From positions 7,808,001 through 7,872,000 of the forward strand of contig OY759599.1 of NCBI GenBank assembly GCA_963662465.1: 64,000 bases of DNA, in the 5' to 3' direction. Under the pieces are notes generated by a model, which did no database searches, had not been told where the DNA came from, and was given only the letters and a program-made list of their open reading frames with translations. Origin of the DNA: Desulfatiglandales bacterium (GTDB lineage Bacteria > Desulfobacterota > DSM-4660 > Desulfatiglandales > Desulfatiglandaceae). Positions 60,237-64,000 of the stretch are shown one piece after another (position 1 is the first letter of the stretch; every line of letters begins with the position of its first letter). The translations under genes were made by a program, and so were the position numbers.

Positions 60237-61703
60237 ATGGATCAAGAGAAAATGAAGCTGACCCACAACTCCGGCGCTCCCGTTGCCGACAACCAGAATG
60301 TGATGACCGCCGGACCACGGGGTCCACAGCTCCTGCAGGATGTCTGGTTTCTGGAGAAGCTGGCTCACTTCGACCGGGAGGTCATCCCTGAGCGGCGCAT
60401 GCATGCCAAGGGCTCCGGCGCCTATGGCGACTTTACCGTTACCCACGATATTACCCCCTACACCAAGGCCAAGATATTTTCCCAGGTGGGCAAGAAGACC
60501 GATCTGTTCATCCGTTTCTCCACGGTTGCCGGCGAGCGGGGGGCGGCGGATGCTGAGCGCGATATCAGAGGGTTTGCCATGAAATTCTATACGGAGGAGG
60601 GGAATTGGGATCTGGTGGGGAACAACACCCCGGTATTTTTTCTGCGTGATCCCCTGAAGTTTCCGGACCTGAACCACGCCGTTAAGCGCGACCCCCGAAC
60701 CAATCTGCGCAGCGCCCGCAACAACTGGGACTTCTGGACCTCTTTGCCGGAAGCGCTGCACCAGGTGACCATCACCATGAGCGACCGGGGAATTCCCTAT
60801 TCCTACCGCCACATGCACGGCTTCGGCAGTCACACCTTCAGCCTCATCAATGCCGACAATGAGCGGTTCTGGGTCAAGTTTCATCTGCACACCCAGCAGG
60901 GGATTAAAAACCTCACCGATGAAGAGGCTGCGGTCATGATCGGCAAGTGCCGGGAAAGCCATCAACGGGATTTGTACGAGAGCATCGAGAAGGGGGATTT
61001 TCCACGCTGGACCCTGTTCATTCAGGTGATGGCTGAGAAAGAGGCCGCCCATTGTCCCTACAACCCCTTTGATTTGACAAAGGTTTGGCCCCACAAGGAC
61101 TACCCCCTCATGGAGGTGGGTGTTCTGGAACTCAACCGCAACCCGGAGAACTATTTTGCCGAGGTGGAGCAGTCGGCTTTCAATCCGGCCAGTATTGTGC
61201 CCGGCATCGGATTTTCCCCCGACAAGATGCTGCAGGGACGGCTTTTCTCCTACGCCGACGCCCAGCGTTACCGGCTTGGCGTGAACCATCACCTGATCCC
61301 GGTCAATGCGTCCCGCTGCCCCTTTCACAGCTACCATCGGGACGGCGCTATGCGGGTGGACGGCAACTACGGCAGTACCCTGGGTTATGAGCCCAACAGC
61401 TATGGCGAGTGGCGGGAACAGCCCGATTTTTCGGAACCGCCCCTGAGCCTCGAGGGGGCTGCCGACCATTTTAATCATCGCGAGGACGACGATTATTACT
61501 CCCAGCCCGGGAATCTCTTCCGGCTGATGGGTCCCTCGCAGCAGCAGGTGCTTTTCGAAAATACCGCCCGGGCCATGGGGGATGCGCCCAAAATGATCAA
61601 GATCCGCCACATCGGCAATTGCCTGAAAGCGGATCCGGCTTACGGCAAGGGGGTTGCCGATGCGCTTGGCATTCCGCTTGACGACGTGCCCGAGGCGGCA
61701 TAA
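60237..61703 (+). CDS. katA: Monofunctional heme catalase
   Basis: [41 protein letters not shown]. Confidence 0.96.
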   Translation: MDQEKMKLTHNSGAPVADNQNVMTAGPRGPQLLQDVWFLEKLAHFDREVIPERRMHAKGSGAYGDFTVTHDITPYTKAKIFSQVGKKTDLFIRFSTVAGERGAADAERDIRGFAMKFYTEEGNWDLVGNNTPVFFLRDPLKFPDLNHAVKRDPRTNLRSARNNWDFWTSLPEALHQVTITMSDRGIPYSYRHMHGFGSHTFSLINADNERFWVKFHLHTQQGIKNLTDEEAAVMIGKCRESHQRDLYESIEKGDFPRWTLFIQVMAEKEAAHCPYNPFDLTKVWPHKDYPLMEVGVLELNRNPENYFAEVEQSAFNPASIVPGIGFSPDKMLQGRLFSYADAQRYRLGVNHHLIPVNASRCPFHSYHRDGAMRVDGNYGSTLGYEPNSYGEWREQPDFSEPPLSLEGAADHFNHREDDDYYSQPGNLFRLMGPSQQQVLFENTARAMGDAPKMIKIRHIGNCLKADPAYGKGVADALGIPLDDVPEAA

Positions 61704-61740
61704 TCCAGACAATCGGTGCGTGTTTACCGATCATGTGGTG

Positions 61741-61773
61741 ATAGGGAGTGACTGTGAGGTGACTCCCTATTTC
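61741..61773. terminator. Hairpin between catalase and the convergent PIN gene
   Basis: atagggagt-N12-actccctat. Confidence 0.55.
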
Positions 61774-61825
61774 AATCAGGTGCTTCGTGGATAAGGAACC
61801 GGTAGCTTCGCTCCATGGGAGGGCA

Positions 61826-62221
61826 TTACCATATGGTCTTTACGTGGGGATAGTTCAAGAGCTTTTCATCCTTGGTAACCAGCGAGATACCCAAGGTCAT
61901 AGCGGTTGCAATAATAATCCGATCAGCCGGATCCTGATGGAGCGGAGGGGACAAGTTGACTGACTTCATTGCTACGGTATTATCAACAGGTACAAACTGA
62001 AAAAACGGCAGGTTTTCGGATTGAGTAACCCAATCTGTGACATCCATTACAAATTTCAACCGTTTTTTAGCAACCAGCAGCGCTACCTCCCATGTACTGA
62101 TGGAGGAAATAAAAAGGCCTTTCTGAGGAATGGATGCATCAATCGCTTTTTTTGCCGTCTTCGAAAGATGTTCCGGGTTACTGATAAACCAGATCCATGC
62201 ATGTGTATCCAATAGGATCAC
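61826..62221 (-). CDS. vapC: VapC-type PIN toxin
   Basis: ILLDTHAWIW, SSISTWEV, HQDPADRIIIATA, VTKD. Confidence 0.92.
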   Translation of the reverse strand: MILLDTHAWIWFISNPEHLSKTAKKAIDASIPQKGLFISSISTWEVALLVAKKRLKFVMDVTDWVTQSENLPFFQFVPVDNTVAMKSVNLSPPLHQDPADRIIIATAMTLGISLVTKDEKLLNYPHVKTIW

Positions 62222-62451
62222 TTCAACAGCTCCCAGTCATCGAGCCCAACGGGCTCTGTGGGATCTTGATATTCGATAACCGAGCCTCTCAGCATTTTCA
62301 GCACTTCAAGAGGTTCTTCGGAGTAGGGAACAATTTTCAAGACCGGCCTACCGCGGTCTGTAATGATGAGTGGTTTACCTGTACTTTCCACTTTCCGGAA
62401 ATACTCCAGCGCATAAGACTTGAACTTTAACTTCGCCACTTGATTTTCCAT
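62218..62451 (-). CDS. Phd/YefM-type antitoxin
   Basis: PLIITDRGRPVLKIVP; ATGA coupling to vapC. Confidence 0.85.
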   Translation of the reverse strand: MENQVAKLKFKSYALEYFRKVESTGKPLIITDRGRPVLKIVPYSEEPLEVLKMLRGSVIEYQDPTEPVGLDDWELLK

Positions 62452-62599
62452 GAGAAGCTCCTCAAGAAGTTTGAAAGTGAAAAACTAAATGACGTAATGA
62501 TGCTACCATAGTTATCCGAGGCGGTCAAATATAAATGGTCCCTGGAAACGATGATGATCTTTTTGTGCGACAAATAAAAAGTGAAGGATTTGCAGCCAG

Positions 62600-62905
62600 T
62601 TGAGTCTTTCTTTAACGCCCCTCGCAGATGATGTGGGCACAATTGCCTGGGGCCCCGTGCCGAACATGAACGCACCGGCAATGTCTTATTTTCTGCCGCG
62701 ATTAATAGAGCTGGCGGTTACAAAAGCTATTGACCGTGATGGTGAGCCCTATATGATGCGGTTTATCAATACGGTTTTGGATGGACCGGATGGTGAACGA
62801 TTTCGTTTGCTGGGTTAGGAGCACAGATATTTGATTTTTGAGATTTTGTTATCTTTGAGAGCGCATTATGATGCGATCGTGAAGGATGAATGTTGGGATC
62901 AGGAA
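62600..62905 (+). pseudogene. Interrupted hypothetical gene fragment
   Basis: ORFs 62600-62818 and 62831 onward share a frame across a TAG (MSYFLPRLIELA..LLG*EHRYLIFEIL). Confidence 0.35.
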
Positions 62906-62912
62906 CGGTCCT

Positions 62913-63257
62913 TTACGCAAAGATCAGTGGGCCAAGCTTTTCTTCGACCTCTTCCAGCACTTGTGCAGGCAGGGTATCAAAATACTTCACGTCTCTTCTT
63001 CGCCAATCGATGCATTTTACGTGATCGGCAAGGATTACCCCTTTGACCTTGTGTTTTTGGGGAATTTGAACCTCAAAGGGGTAGCCTTTTGCTTGTAGTG
63101 TGATTGGAACCACGATGGCAAGACCCACAATCCGGTTATATTCGTCAGCGGAGAGAACAAGCGCGGGCCGATGCCCTCCCTGCTCATGGCCCTTCACCGG
63201 ATCGAAATTGACTCCGACCACATCACCCCGTTTTGGGAAAAAACCATTTTGACTCAC
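62913..63257 (-). CDS. mazF: MazF/PemK endoribonuclease toxin
   Basis: PKRGDVV.VNFDPVKGHEQGGHRPALVLS, VPIT..KGYPFEV, ILADHVKCIDW; GTG start overlaps mazE stop. Confidence 0.93.
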   Translation of the reverse strand: MSQNGFFPKRGDVVGVNFDPVKGHEQGGHRPALVLSADEYNRIVGLAIVVPITLQAKGYPFEVQIPQKHKVKGVILADHVKCIDWRRRDVKYFDTLPAQVLEEVEEKLGPLIFA

Positions 63258-63505
63258 CAGGCCTCCTCCCCAGCGGGAGTTCCCCAATCTGTCTCGGGGT
63301 GGATATTTTCTGCGGTTACGCCTCCGAGCAGGTCCCCGAGCGAGTATTTCCATTCTCTTCTTTGCTGCTTGGGAGCTATGATGAGCTTGCCGTCTTCGAC
63401 CTTGAGATCAACCGTCGAGTTTTCAGACAATTGAAGTTCAGCCAAAAACCCCGTTGGGATTCTAAGCCCAATGCTGTTGCCCCATTTCCTGAGAATCGCT
63501 TCCAT
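63254..63505 (-). CDS. mazE: MazE/AbrB antitoxin
   Basis: KWGNSIGLRIP, YSL.DLL..VT.EN.H.E.DWG.P.GEE.W. Confidence 0.93.
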   Translation of the reverse strand: MEAILRKWGNSIGLRIPTGFLAELQLSENSTVDLKVEDGKLIIAPKQQRREWKYSLGDLLGGVTAENIHPETDWGTPAGEEAW

Positions 63506-63696
63506 GTTCCTGACCTCCTGGATCCTTCAAAGTATAAACAATGTATAATTATGGCGACGCTTTGTCAATTCAAATCATCCAGTTGAGAGGCTGTTGGTTG
63601 CTCAGGCTAACCAAAATAGTTTTCTGATTGTTGCCAAAGACAAAAATATTGATAGGTATGAGGTGGAGACTTTCTGGATAAACTGAACGTCATATT

Positions 63697-64000
63697 TTAT
63701 GGCGATACACGCCGGTCAAAGGCCGGGGCCGACCGTTCCAATGTTTTGATTTCGGAATCGGCGGGGTCGTCCACATAATTGAAGCTGCCCTTGCGGATAT
63801 TGAAAAAAAATAGTTCGGGCAGGCTGTACACGCATCCCTTAAGGCCGTTCAGGGATAACTCACCGCCGTCTACGGGCAGGGTAAAAATGCCCAGGGTTGC
63901 CGCCAGCAGGCCGTAAGCCGTATTGATGGCGCCGTAGAGCGGACGAGGCCAGACCACATCGTCGGTAAAAAAAATAAAGGGCGTATCCCCTTTGGCGCCA
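63697..64000 (-). CDS. Hypothetical protein, 3' end only
   Basis: Frame appears open to the window edge (FIFFTDDVVWPRPLYG..FFNIRKG); no family recognised. Confidence 0.5.
   Translation of the reverse strand, partial: GAKGDTPFIFFTDDVVWPRPLYGAINTAYGLLAATLGIFTLPVDGGELSLNGLKGCVYSLPELFFFNIRKGSFNYVDDPADSEIKTLERSAPAFDRRVSP

Noticed and set aside
59730..61712. 660-aa reverse-strand ORF
   Set aside because: Antisense shadow of catalase and hisF; no recognisable motifs

Overview
Bacterial accessory region; gene content suggests a Desulfobacterota-like deltaproteobacterium (inference). 1-2.1 kb: 5'-partial RHS protein ending in Kelch-like repeats, and a secreted YD-repeat protein. 2.3-13.6 kb: sigma54-controlled sodium:solute symporter with its two-component system, a cNMP-CBS-DUF294 nucleotidyltransferase plus DEDDh exonuclease pair, and an AcuA-like acetyltransferase. 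11.2-50.4 kb: a mosaic island between two decayed copies of one locus. It holds a broken type-6-like BREX operon (brxE-A-B-C-pglX): brxC is split by a DUF4338-fused ISAs1 element, pglX is split by an IS21-family element and then truncated. The standout feature is that IS21 element (27546-31898): IstA reads with no stop into a DnaG-like primase module (zinc-binding-like domain plus TOPRIM), followed by a duplicated small DNA-binding gene and istB. The island continues with gene fragments, a 7TM-DISM two-component system facing a lipoprotein/SphA/MFS/amidohydrolase cluster, a RAYT remnant and a toxin-antitoxin pair. 50.5-64 kb: damaged TRAP transporter, hipBA-fic, SWIM plus SNF2, a lone hisF-like gene, catalase and two more toxin-antitoxin pairs. 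No rRNA, tRNA or CRISPR array was recognised. All domain calls are by-eye motif recognition, not database searches.
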